A model generated the notes under the pieces. It was not told where the DNA came from and did not search any database. It worked only from the letters and a program-made list of their open reading frames with translations. Source: Enterobacter phage KKP_3711. From it: a DNA stretch of 64,000 nt. The translations under genes were made by a program, and so were the position numbers. Every line of letters starts with the position of its first letter. Within the stretch, counting starts at the first letter, position 1. This document shows positions 25,164 to 34,381 of this stretch, one piece after another. The stretch lies in sequence record PP579741.1. One strand, 5' to 3'.

Positions 25164-25381
25164 TGGAAATTATTTCCATAATTGCTATAGTAATTGCACT
25201 AACTGCAATTGTGATGGCTATAGTGAAAACCAGGAAAGCTAAAGAGGCTATTGAAAGTAATTCAGCCGAATTAGCAGTGCTGCAATCAAGGGATATTGGT
25301 ACCAAACAACTGCTAGAAGATCCATATATTCCAGCAGATACCAAACTTATTAAACTTAAAAACCTGCATGGAGTAGCATGA
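25163..25381 (+). CDS. membrane protein (72 aa)
   Basis: N-terminal TM helix. Confidence 0.45.
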   Translation: MEIISIIAIVIALTAIVMAIVKTRKAKEAIESNSAELAVLQSRDIGTKQLLEDPYIPADTKLIKLKNLHGVA

Positions 25382-25620
25382 TACTAAGTTTAGTAATCAT
25401 TGCATTATTAGTACTCCTCTTGCTTCAGCAGAGGAGTCGCATTAAAAGGCTGCAAGTTGAAAACGGACGTCTGAGATCAGATCTTTCACAAATTAAATCA
25501 CGAGCTAAGTCACTGTTATGTGCGCTCGATTGTAAAGCTGATACTGATATTTCGCGCATCCGCATTGCCAACTATGCAATTCGTTTAGCTACCTTTATAG
25601 GAGGCCGTCGTGCTAAATGA
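25378..25620 (+). CDS. membrane protein (80 aa)
   Basis: N-terminal TM helix; ATGA overlap. Confidence 0.45.
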   Translation: MILSLVIIALLVLLLLQQRSRIKRLQVENGRLRSDLSQIKSRAKSLLCALDCKADTDISRIRIANYAIRLATFIGGRRAK

Positions 25621-25715
25621 ATTACTAGCAGCTCTTTTGTTCTTTAGTCTTGTCTGTAATGCAGTACAAGGTTGTATAATCTCAATACTGAGAGAACGTG
25701 TAAAGGAGTTGAAAA

Positions 25716-25928
25716 ATGTTAGAAATTACAGCTATAATCGTCGCAGTAGTATTTCTAGTAATAGCAATACTAGCACTGGGCAAGATGTATGATGCTCAGC
25801 GTGAAAGAGATTTCCTGAAAGATGCTATTGAAGACATGGATGAAGATTGGGATAACATTAAACAAGTTATCGGCAATCCTACCATGACTGCTGAAGAAAA
25901 AGTTAACAAAATCTGGGAGCTTATTTAG
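25716..25928 (+). CDS. membrane protein (70 aa)
   Basis: N-terminal TM; preceded by RBS aaggag. Confidence 0.45.
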   Translation: MLEITAIIVAVVFLVIAILALGKMYDAQRERDFLKDAIEDMDEDWDNIKQVIGNPTMTAEEKVNKIWELI

Positions 25929-26179
25929 TGGACTTAAGTATAACAGCGAAAGATATTCTGAATAAAAGCCTTTCCTTGTCCAGAGATGAATACTGGAGAT
26001 TGAGAGTAGCTTTTGAAAGGTATGCCAAAGTTCAAGGGATGGACATTAATAGATCCCAGCATCCCAATTATTACGATTCTGATGAAACAGAAGAACATTG
26101 GGTCACGTGGTTGTCTTTGTATGCATATATGCAGCCTTTAGTTCGACAATTGGTAGCTAATCAAAAGGTGGTAGAATGA
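25928..26179 (+). CDS. hypothetical protein (83 aa)
   Basis: ORF in track. Confidence 0.45.
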   Translation: MDLSITAKDILNKSLSLSRDEYWRLRVAFERYAKVQGMDINRSQHPNYYDSDETEEHWVTWLSLYAYMQPLVRQLVANQKVVE

Positions 26180-26511
26180 AACCAATCGAAGTAGGCTGTA
26201 TAGCATTGGTAGTAAAAAGTGACATACCTAAAACTGTTGGTAAATGTGTTAAAGTTCTAGCCCTTATCAAGGCGGGTGAAGAAGTTCAAGTAACTTACCC
26301 TGGAAGTAATGAGCGTAGAGCAGCAGAAGTTCCACAATGGTTAGTTACAGCGGACAATTTATTTGATGATCCAATTAATGAGCCTAAGGTAAGTATTACT
26401 ACAGATGCTGGGATTGTAGGCAAATGTGCATACACTAATTCTGAGATTATCCGCATTGACGGTGATTTCGATGAAGAACTAGATAAGGAACGTGAAAATG
26501 AGCATGTATAA
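26176..26511 (+). CDS. hypothetical protein (111 aa)
   Basis: ORF in track. Confidence 0.5.
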   Translation: MKPIEVGCIALVVKSDIPKTVGKCVKVLALIKAGEEVQVTYPGSNERRAAEVPQWLVTADNLFDDPINEPKVSITTDAGIVGKCAYTNSEIIRIDGDFDEELDKERENEHV

Positions 26512-26806
26512 AGTTATTACTCATCCCTACCATGAAAGCGTAGAAGTACGCAATAACAATGATGATTGTGTGGGAGTTATTCTAGGGGCAGATACTTACG
26601 TCAAGGAAGCTTGGGATGCAGTAGAAGCAGGTTTGCCCGAGTCCTTTGGCCCTGTTTTAGCAGAGCATCTGCTTAGTTGGGCCAAACAGTGTGGACTGGT
26701 AGTGCTAGAACCTCGCCCACATTGGGTTACTAGAATCACTGGTAGCTTCAATGTTAATGATGGTGAACAAGTAGCAGAACATTTGTCTCGTATGGATAAG
26801 CATTGA
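26492..26806 (+). CDS. hypothetical protein (104 aa)
   Basis: ORF in track. Confidence 0.5.
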   Translation: MKMSMYKVITHPYHESVEVRNNNDDCVGVILGADTYVKEAWDAVEAGLPESFGPVLAEHLLSWAKQCGLVVLEPRPHWVTRITGSFNVNDGEQVAEHLSRMDKH

Positions 26807-27150
26807 TGTACAAAACCAGTAAAGAGAATCCACCTCCTTTTGATGGGGTGGAATACTGGGAAAGGTGCTTAGACCCTTCACATCCTGATGCTTTTTCTAA
26901 CGTAATGAGTGTACTAGATAGATGCTACCAATTTGGTATTATTAACACATTATTTAGTAAAAGAAAAGCAGGGTGGCTAGGAATTAATAGAGAAAATCCT
27001 GAAGCCTGGTATCCTGATGGTACTGTAGTAGAAGGTAATCTTCCTATAGAAAATATTGATTTTGTTATAGGAATATTAGGAAAATATAGAGCTTTCCGAG
27101 ATGAAGAGCAAATGATTAAATTTATGTACAAAAGATATCCTAAATTGTAA
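26803..27150 (+). CDS. hypothetical protein (115 aa)
   Basis: ORF in track. Confidence 0.5.
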   Translation: MMYKTSKENPPPFDGVEYWERCLDPSHPDAFSNVMSVLDRCYQFGIINTLFSKRKAGWLGINRENPEAWYPDGTVVEGNLPIENIDFVIGILGKYRAFRDEEQMIKFMYKRYPKL

Positions 27151-27156
27151 TATACA

Positions 27157-27184
27157 AAGCCTCCCTAACCGGAGGCTTTTTTAT
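27157..27184 (+). terminator. rho-independent terminator
   Basis: AAGCCTCC-CTAACC-GGAGGCTT plus TTTTTTATT. Confidence 0.6.
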
Positions 27185-27197
27185 TGGAAAATTTTTG

Positions 27198-27227
27198 TTG
27201 CAGGATTCGCACATAATATGATATACT
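27198..27227 (+). promoter_or_regulatory. weak sigma70-like promoter overlapping a GGATTCGCACATAAT motif
   Basis: TTGCAG-N17-ATATAC; the 13-mer variant lies in the spacer. Confidence 0.3.
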
Positions 27228-27252
27228 AATTACTGAAATTAAGGAGAATCGT

Positions 27253-28482
27253 ATGAAAATAAAAGATAAAGTAATTGAAATATGTAATAGATATATAGAG
27301 TGTCCTACTAGAACTTCCGAGCTAAGTAAAGATCAGCTAAAAATAGTTGAGTTAGTTACAAGACGTACTGCTGTTGACAAGGAAGGGCATATATTAGATA
27401 ATAAGAAGATGCTAACCACAGAAGAAATATACTCTATTAGACGTCCGGTAATTAATGGGTTTCTAGCAATACTAAAAGTACATATTCCTGAAGATTTAAA
27501 ACTATATGCAAAAGTTGCTGGAAAACATATTGTAGAAGATAAAGAATTGGTATGGCAAGATATTCATGAAGAATACTCAGCAGATCCTTGGTCTACTGTT
27601 AAAGATCCATTCATCCAATCTATACACTCTATATTTAAAGAAGAATATCAAGCAGTAAGGTATTATAAAGGTGAATCTAGAGTTAGAATATATACATCTA
27701 AAGGAGAGACTAAAACAGTATCTAAGTTTATGGAGGATGAATGGGAGTATGATAGATATCCTCAATATGATGGAGAGATTAAAAGAACTAAGTTATCTGA
27801 GGTTGTTAGTTTACAATACACTTTCGATCCTAATATTGTTCTTAAATTAGGTGGCAGAAGTTACTCTACTCTAAGTGAAGAAGAGAAGTATCTAGTAAGA
27901 TTCTTGTGTGAACCTAGAGGAGTCATATTAGAGAATAATAAATACAAAATAGATGATTCCTCAGACAAATATCTATTAGTACCTTCAGTTCATATAATGA
28001 GACTGCTAGGAAGTAATCTCACACCAACTGCAAACAGACACCATATATTTGCAGATGAAGAAATTAATTGGGATAATCAATCTTCTTCACCTAAAGAAGG
28101 TGAAATACCAACGAAGATGTATCTATCTTCAAAAATACCAATCACTAAACATATATTCCAACTAGCTGTAACCGAAGCAGTAACTTACGCCTTACTTAGA
28201 CTGTATCACTCGATTAAACAGGAAATTCCTCTAACTGTTATACAAGAAAATATACAGTTCATGTGTGTAGAATATAAAGATCAACTAGAGAAACTAATAA
28301 ATGCTTTGCACCTATTTTACATAGAAGATATTTATTTCACTATATCTAACCATCCTAGAATTGAAAGAAAAGATTTAGCGAGAGGCACTAGACAGTTTAA
28401 TCAGAGTGCAGCTAAGTTATATTTGGCGGAATTTATATACTATGCTAGAGTCGGTACATATACTTCCAAATTACGAGAGTAA
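27253..28482 (+). CDS. hypothetical protein (409 aa), AT-rich codon usage
   Basis: Own terminator/promoter pair upstream; K/I/E-rich composition unlike neighbours; last gene before the repeat region. Confidence 0.5.
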   Translation: MKIKDKVIEICNRYIECPTRTSELSKDQLKIVELVTRRTAVDKEGHILDNKKMLTTEEIYSIRRPVINGFLAILKVHIPEDLKLYAKVAGKHIVEDKELVWQDIHEEYSADPWSTVKDPFIQSIHSIFKEEYQAVRYYKGESRVRIYTSKGETKTVSKFMEDEWEYDRYPQYDGEIKRTKLSEVVSLQYTFDPNIVLKLGGRSYSTLSEEEKYLVRFLCEPRGVILENNKYKIDDSSDKYLLVPSVHIMRLLGSNLTPTANRHHIFADEEINWDNQSSSPKEGEIPTKMYLSSKIPITKHIFQLAVTEAVTYALLRLYHSIKQEIPLTVIQENIQFMCVEYKDQLEKLINALHLFYIEDIYFTISNHPRIERKDLARGTRQFNQSAAKLYLAEFIYYARVGTYTSKLRE

Positions 28483-29198
28483 GATTTCCATATAATGATA
28501 TATCTAAATTTAGAGGAAAATTTAAACTTTCTATGAAAAAATTTGGAGATTTCAAAAACGTATGTTATAATAATAAAAAGATTTCTCATGTTTACTAGTA
28601 AACAACTAGAGACATGAAAAAATCTGCGACTAGTGTCCCGGTGGTTCTAGAAATGCGTTGCACTTTCTGTGGAGCCGCCGGGGCGTAGCAACTAGTCGCA
28701 TGCAATTAATCAATAATATAAAAGTAATATGCCCGAAGTCTACTTAAAATTCAAGAGAGCTATATGAAATTTACCTTCGCTCCGCCACTGGTTACCTTGC
28801 TCTAGGGTTTTCTTAACTCTAGAGTATTTTTATTTCTAGAATTTATTTAACCCTAGAAATTTAGCATTATTTCAGCCTTGCTGAAGATTTGCCAAAGACC
28901 CCCTGTTAACATCTATTTCTCCTTTTTATCCCTACATTCATCCCACTTCTTCCCACATTTCCTTCTTATTCTGTCACTTCATTTCAACCCGCGGGAGTTG
29001 GCACCGTATGTAATCTTTGTCAACCCCTTTTAACTACCATTATCCCAAATAATTTAAAATTTTTTCTGCTAATCTACCACCAACTAAAATTTTCTCCAAT
29101 TAACCCCAAATAGGGCGGTTATAGGAGAGGGCGGTTATTTTCATAGTCGATTTTTTGAAAACCCAAATTTGAAATCTATTCTGAAAATATTTGTCATT

Positions 29199-29783
29199 GG
29201 ATTTGCACAATAGCAAATAAAACACTGTAGGATTTGCACATACCTAACCAAGTCTAGGGCAGAACAGAAGCCTCGCTTCAAATTTTGCCCTCACTCCAGA
29301 TACTTGCTCCTGAGTCACTCCTAATTACCAGGAGTTTACCTATGCAATCATACCAGTCAATTCCAAACTCTCGCAAATCTCCAATAATTAGAATAACCCA
29401 TCGGATTTGCACAATAGCAGGAGTCCAAGGATTTTTAAACGTCTCACAATATTTTCGAATCATAGTCCGGTTTCCAAATTTCGGGTCGGATTTGCACAAT
29501 GGTAACTCTAGCGTTGCCTCAGTCTGCAATAAGCCTAACTCTATCTATTAACGGTATTAGTTTTTAAGCTGCTTCTGGCCTACCTACTCTAGCAGTAGCA
29601 CATACAATTTTATCTGCTCTCGCAGGGCTGGTGGCTTGGCACCGGATTTGCCAGCGATTGGTGTAGGATTTGCACAATACCAAAAATTGCCATCGGATTC
29701 GCACAATTATCGGATTTGCACAATGCCCCGAACGCTCGGCCGCACGTAACCCATCGGATACGCACATGTCGGATTCGCACAAG
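29199..29783 (+). repeat. array of about 10 direct copies of 13-mer GGATT(T/C)GCACA(A/T)(T/G)
   Basis: Copies at 29199, 29230, 29403, 29488, 29666, 29695, 29712, 29756 and 29771 plus the variant 29642; all in the same orientation. Confidence 0.8.
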
Positions 29784-29804
29784 CGCAGGGGGTCGACCCC
29801 CTGC
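29783..29804. repeat. perfect 22-bp palindrome CGCAGGGGGTCGACCCCCTGCG
   Basis: Directly seen; centred on GTCGAC. Confidence 0.85.
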
Positions 29805-29819
29805 GGGTCTTTGATAATG

Positions 29820-29900
29820 CAAATACGAATCATTCGCGTTCAATAACCGAAATACGAATGAGAATGATTCGTATTCAGAAACGGGAGTGAGAATCACTCC
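29820..29900. repeat. inverted repeats AATACGAATCATTC/GAATGATTCGTATT and GGAGTGAgaaTCACTCC
   Basis: Directly seen. Confidence 0.75.
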
Positions 29901-29908
29901 TATTTGAG

Positions 29909-30010
29909 TTATCCACAGGTTTATACATTTTGTAAATTTGCTTGACAGGATTCTAGCGATTTTGAGGAGTTATCCACAGACTTATTAACAGGTTATCCTA
30001 CTGGATAAAT
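29909..30010. promoter_or_regulatory. DnaA-box cluster (TTATCCACA x2 plus TTATCCTAC/GGATAAA)
   Basis: Perfect DnaA consensus at 29909-29917 and 29970-29978; palindromic TTATCC..GGATAA at 29993-30010. Confidence 0.6.
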
Positions 30011-30126
30011 ATACAGTAGTTTCTGGTAGTGGGTTGTACTGATATCGATTTTAAGGCGTCTAAAACGCGCTACAGGCGTTTTAAATTTTTGGGAGGTATT
30101 AAAGGGAGGCTTTATTTCTACTAAGG

Positions 30127-30146
30127 GAAAACCGCTTGCGCGGGCT
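30127..30146 (-). terminator. rho-independent terminator for the minus-strand block
   Basis: On the - strand: CCGCGCAAGCGG hairpin followed by TTTTCCC. Confidence 0.4.
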
Positions 30147-30258
30147 AAAATTGATCGTCAAATACTTCCGGCCAGTAATGATTTATCACCGGTATTACTA
30201 TCAGACTAACGATAACACTGGGAATTATAATCCATACTAATAATTCAAGACTTGTCAT
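30145..30258 (-). CDS. small hydrophobic peptide (37 aa)
   Basis: ATG to TAG open frame on the - strand; single TM; below cutoff. Confidence 0.25.
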   Translation of the reverse strand: MTSLELLVWIIIPSVIVSLIVIPVINHYWPEVFDDQF

Positions 30259-30267
30259 GTTATACCT

Positions 30268-30408
30268 CTATACAAAAGCGATAACTAACAGGATAGCCAG
30301 CACGATAAACAGAAACCAGTTACCGCCACCAGCCTGCAAACGGGAATTATGTTTCCCGCCGTGATTATTATTTTTGTGTGACGCTGTACGCCGCCAGAAT
30401 TTATTCAT
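30268..30408 (-). CDS. small membrane protein (46 aa)
   Basis: TAATG overlap with upstream ORF; C-terminal TM helix FLFIVLAILLVIAFV. Confidence 0.3.
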   Translation of the reverse strand: MNKFWRRTASHKNNNHGGKHNSRLQAGGGNWFLFIVLAILLVIAFV

Positions 30409-30601
30409 TATGAATACTCCAGCCTGTTAACTTCCATTCTTCCCCTTTTCGGATATTACGAAACCATGTTTCGAAATTATAACCATCCTCTGAGGTGATC
30501 ACGCCGTCAACCATATGCAAATATTCATTGGATGTGAAATATTGATTCCTGACTTTATGCCCCAGAATCATCATACTTAAAGCCCACGTTATACTTTTCA
30601 T
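30401..30601 (-). CDS. hypothetical protein (66 aa)
   Basis: ORF in track; part of a co-oriented - strand block. Confidence 0.35.
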   Translation of the reverse strand: MKSITWALSMMILGHKVRNQYFTSNEYLHMVDGVITSEDGYNFETWFRNIRKGEEWKLTGWSIHNE

Positions 30602-30645
30602 TCTCTTCTCTCCAGTAGTGGGCGACTTTCGCCGCCCGTGGGTTA

Positions 30646-30942
30646 TTACAGTAAGGTGATCAGGCTAGCTTTTGACGGCTTAACAAATTTCTTTAAAGCG
30701 TCAATCATGAAGCCAGCAGTATTTTGATCAATACGATCCGTGTCAAAAAGTGACTGAATAGCCATATGAGTTTTACTTACGCCGAACTCGTTAACCATTT
30801 TCATAACGGTTGCAAAAGTATCTTTTACATGGTTGTTACCATTAGTGTTAATTACCATAACGTCAGAATTAGCGTACTGAATTTTTGACTTAGCCATTTT
30901 TGAATCTCCAGTGATTTGGGTTATTTGCTGCTGTAAAGTCAT
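30646..30942 (-). CDS. hypothetical pre-early protein (98 aa)
   Basis: ORF in track; RBS-like ggag upstream on the - strand. Confidence 0.45.
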   Translation of the reverse strand: MTLQQQITQITGDSKMAKSKIQYANSDVMVINTNGNNHVKDTFATVMKMVNEFGVSKTHMAIQSLFDTDRIDQNTAGFMIDALKKFVKPSKASLITLL

Positions 30943-30990
30943 TATAGCAAAAAGCCCTCACTAGGAGGGCATAATTTACAAAACTTTACA

Positions 30991-31452
30991 TTACAGATAT
31001 TCGTTCAAAAACTCTTGCAATGTCTTTTCATCTGGCAAATGTAAAAGCTCGAAAATCTCTGGAGTGTACCCTGTATCAGTAATGACTTCCATTTGCTTTA
31101 ACATCTGGCAAATTTCGCCGTTTGGTGATCCGCCGTTAATATGAGACTCAGAAAGATCTGGATTATACCAATATACGCTTGCGCTACAATTGGCAATGTC
31201 AAAATCGTCGTCATCTTCCTCATCTTCATAATGACCGTATGACTCCGCATGATCTTTAGCATGATCCCAAGACCAATCATCTATATTAGTTCCAGCATGA
31301 AGTAACTTCCATTCACACCATTGCTCACCAATAATTCCGGTTTCATAGTCCAGCCGAACTATCATATCAAACGGGGCAATCCCAGATAATTCGATTTCGC
31401 CGTTTGACATTACGTGACACGTTAAACCTTCATGCTCAATTTTTGAAACCAT
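30991..31452 (-). CDS. highly acidic protein (153 aa), DNA-mimic-like
   Basis: About 38 Asp/Glu vs about 7 Lys/Arg, including a YEDEEDDDDFD run; located in the pre-early (FST) region. Confidence 0.5.
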   Translation of the reverse strand: MVSKIEHEGLTCHVMSNGEIELSGIAPFDMIVRLDYETGIIGEQWCEWKLLHAGTNIDDWSWDHAKDHAESYGHYEDEEDDDDFDIANCSASVYWYNPDLSESHINGGSPNGEICQMLKQMEVITDTGYTPEIFELLHLPDEKTLQEFLNEYL

Positions 31453-31455
31453 GTT

Positions 31456-31794
31456 TCAAATCTCCTTAACAGGGTTAGTAAACGCTTTGATTATTTCACC
31501 ATCAATGAAAAAGCGTTCTGATTTAGTTTTACGTAAAAATGCTAATATATCTTCTACAGTCTCCAGCGGATAGGATTCACCGCAGAAAGAAATTATAGTA
31601 ACTTGTTTAGCAATGAAATTGTTTGCAATGCGTTGCATTACCATAGAATTAACGCGATAAACATCATAGCCGCAACAAATATCAATCATGCAACGTTCAC
31701 GAATAGAAGATAACGCCATTAATGCCCGTTCAAAGTCACGGAAATATAATGGCGTTGCCAGCTTGTTAAGATATATCCAATATGCGCCTCTCAT
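31456..31794 (-). CDS. hypothetical protein (112 aa)
   Basis: ORF in track; tightly packed with neighbours. Confidence 0.45.
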   Translation of the reverse strand: MRGAYWIYLNKLATPLYFRDFERALMALSSIRERCMIDICCGYDVYRVNSMVMQRIANNFIAKQVTIISFCGESYPLETVEDILAFLRKTKSERFFIDGEIIKAFTNPVKEI

Positions 31795-31941
31795 GATTCC
31801 AGTCTCTCATAAATAGTAAACGCCACCAGCAGAAAACAAGCGAATGAAATCACAGACCCGAAAATAATAAACAAAGTTTCAATTGTCATTTGTTTGCCCT
31901 CTGTAGTTAGGAGGGGAAATTCCCCTCCTTTTAACTATAGG

Positions 31942-32937
31942 TTATTCTTCGGATTTTGCAATATCAGCAAATTTGCTGATATCTACTTTATCCATAACAT
32001 CGTTGATCATTTGTTCAACGTTAAGAGATTGGATTGCGCCCAACATAGCACCTTGCAGCATTGCGTCAGCTACTAATTTCGCTTTGTCATTATTTGGGGC
32101 AAAATTATCTACCGCAAATTTAAACAGGTTAGCAACAGCCAATTCACCCAGCGCCGTTTCAAGATAGCCACGCGCCATCATTGGTACTGCTGGTTTGACC
32201 AGTTTAACGGCTTGCTTAACAGCGATACGACCCGCTTCAATTTTAGCTACAGATACAGCGGCAGATTTGTTAGCAGTTACAATGTTAGATACTTTAGTCA
32301 TTTTTACTTCTCCAGTTGAATTTTGATTTTGGGTTACAGCGTTGTTAGTGTTATTGATTTTTGCGGGCTTGTCAAATTTATTTTCTAAGTAACCGCAATT
32401 ACTATATAACCAGTTGTCAGGATATTGATACTCATTCTCAGGAATAATGTACTTGTCAGGTAGTACACCAAAGTAACCGATATTAGCATCACTTACAGTA
32501 ATACTAGTAAAATCAGCATGTAACGCCATAGATAGCACGTCTGTGATCTGTTTTTTACCATCCCACTGTACCTTACCATTTAAAGAAATGGAGGCACTAT
32601 CTACAGGCCGCATAAATACAAAATGTAATTCTGTGCCGTCAAACTTTAACAAGATAGCATCAGGATTAGCTTTTCTGCGATGATTTGCAAAAAACGTATC
32701 ATTACTGTATACAAATACAGTAGCGCCATGATTTAGAAGTCCTGTTACACCTTCCGCATTATGGCGAAATGATTCTGATAATTCCCCATCTTCTGTAAGG
32801 GTGCCTACAGTATCAACGGCAATATTTACCGCCCGTGGATTACCTACACCATTGAAAAACTTTTCAAAGGCTTGATGCGTGATAGCTGTTTTATCACTCA
32901 CAAACCAATCATACGTTTGCATGATATTTCCTCTCAC
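31942..32937 (-). CDS. hypothetical protein (331 aa)
   Basis: Long ORF with RBS gagagg upstream on the - strand. Confidence 0.5.
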   Translation of the reverse strand: MRGNIMQTYDWFVSDKTAITHQAFEKFFNGVGNPRAVNIAVDTVGTLTEDGELSESFRHNAEGVTGLLNHGATVFVYSNDTFFANHRRKANPDAILLKFDGTELHFVFMRPVDSASISLNGKVQWDGKKQITDVLSMALHADFTSITVSDANIGYFGVLPDKYIIPENEYQYPDNWLYSNCGYLENKFDKPAKINNTNNAVTQNQNSTGEVKMTKVSNIVTANKSAAVSVAKIEAGRIAVKQAVKLVKPAVPMMARGYLETALGELAVANLFKFAVDNFAPNNDKAKLVADAMLQGAMLGAIQSLNVEQMINDVMDKVDISKFADIAKSEE

Positions 32938-33194
32938 TCGTTAGTTGGTAGAGCTATTATGTGCCCTAGTAATGAGATAGGCGAGAAAAAAGAAAATGTT
33001 TTTTATTCCTTGCCTAACTAACTTTTTTATGGTAGACACCCGCGCCCGTCCTTAAAACGGGCTACGCTAGCACCTATCAAGTAATACTATAATAAAGGGT
33101 GTAGCGAGAAAACGGCGTAGAACGCGATTTAGGCCGCTTAAATTTAATTGCAGTTGTTACTTCTACCATTTTACCCTGTATATTTATACAGTAG

Positions 33195-33225
33195 GATAAC
33201 CTGTGGATAAGTCAGGGGATAACGT
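33195..33225. promoter_or_regulatory. second DnaA-box cluster
   Basis: GGATAACC, TGTGGATAA (perfect box on the - strand) and GGATAACG within 30 bp. Confidence 0.55.
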
Positions 33226-33992
33226 CCCTAAATTGATCCTATAATGTCAAATCTTTTTGTGCTGTGAATAACTTTGTGTATAACCTAAATGATAGTGTTT
33301 ATCATCTAGCAAGGTAGTTCCGTTGTGTTATTATTTCTCTTTAATTTATGTGAATATTATATAATAAAAAATAGTAAGTTGGCTAATGAGTTTTTACCTA
33401 ATAATACCTAATGGTTACTAATAATTAGCTAACTATAGAATTTAATTTCCATGCGTGATCATCCCCACCAGCAAACGTAACGCCCGAAATGATTAGCCTG
33501 CTAATAGTCGCGCGGCGCAGTTATGATTAGCGTGCTAACTATAACGTCATGAAACTACTTAACCTGTTTTGGATTTGTCAACCATTATTTGCAGCATTTT
33601 ATGCTTTTTTGAAAAATCAAGCGGATAACTCATTAAATTTCATTTTTGCTTTTTGTATAAGTTACTAACAGGGTCTAAAACGCTCTGTAACGCGTTCTAA
33701 GCGATTCAGGCCAAAAGCTATGCCATTGCATAGGGTACATGCCGATCTCCTCACCACGAGCGAAATAGGTTTTGTCAATACCCTAGAAGCAAATAAAAAC
33801 AAATAAATTTCGTGACTTTTATTTATTTTCGTGTATCACGCGCCCGTTTCACTTATAAATAAGGCAGACTCCGCACGCCGTGACCCTAGCAGTTTTCTTT
33901 ACACTTCTTTACAAATATCCGCTTGCAAGGTTTAACGCTTTCCCCTAATATTTATCTCGTAGGACGGCAAGACGGAAACGAAAGGCAACCTA

Positions 33993-34258
33993 CACCGCTC
34001 TTTAACAATTTGGCTTGCTCTTGTTTGCCCGTCTACTACCTAATAAGGAAAAGAGATTATGGCTAAACAATTCGCAGATCTGGCAGACGTTCAAAAAGCA
34101 TTTAAAACAAATCGTAAACTCGGTTACTTTAAGGGTAACGCTTTGAAAAAAGCAGTTAAAGAAACTGCTAAAAAATAAGTTTGACAAAGTTTTTTAACTA
34201 AGCTAACTTAATAACCAGACGGGCAAACAAAAGCAAGTCACCGCTCTTTAACAATTTG
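33993..34258 (+). repeat. 21-bp direct repeats (CACCGCTCTTTAACAATTTGG) plus a 21-bp inverted repeat bracketing a 39-aa ORF
   Basis: DR at 33993-34013 and 34238-34258; IR CTTGCTCTTGTTTGCCCGTCT / AGACGGGCAAACAAAAGCAAG just inside. Confidence 0.8.
34059..34178 (+). CDS. small basic protein (39 aa)
   Basis: RBS aaggaaaagagatt then ATG; Lys-rich; followed by a terminator at 34296. Confidence 0.3.
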   Translation: MAKQFADLADVQKAFKTNRKLGYFKGNALKKAVKETAKK

Positions 34259-34295
34259 GAAATGGTAAAAGTATTCAGGCGTATTATCTACGTTT

Positions 34296-34324
34296 GCCTC
34301 TTATAATAATGAGAGGCTTTTTTA
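34296..34324 (+). terminator. rho-independent terminator
   Basis: GCCTCT-tataataatg-AGAGGC plus TTTTTTA. Confidence 0.45.
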
Positions 34325-34381
34325 GATAATATGTTAATATTATCTACTTAACCCTAAACTTAAATTATGGAGATATATACC

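Noticed and set aside
25610-25792. ORF 25610-25792 (+)
   Set aside because: Overlaps the ends of two better-supported membrane-protein ORFs (25378-25620, 25716-25928) in another frame; likely spurious.
29278-29897. Four overlapping ORFs from the track (29278-29529 -, 29285-29551 +, 29564-29833 -, 29610-29897 -)
   Set aside because: They lie entirely within the 13-mer/palindrome repeat array, overlap each other on both strands and have no RBS; almost certainly non-coding.
29909-33225. DnaA boxes as evidence of a bacterial chromosomal origin (host contamination or prophage junction)
   Set aside because: The context is entirely phage (T5-type pre-early genes, structural module); DnaA boxes are a described feature of the T5 injection-stop region.
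33993-34258. IS element / MITE call for the DR-IR cassette
   Set aside because: No transposase; a 21-bp direct repeat is far longer than typical target-site duplications; kept as a repeat feature and a finding only.
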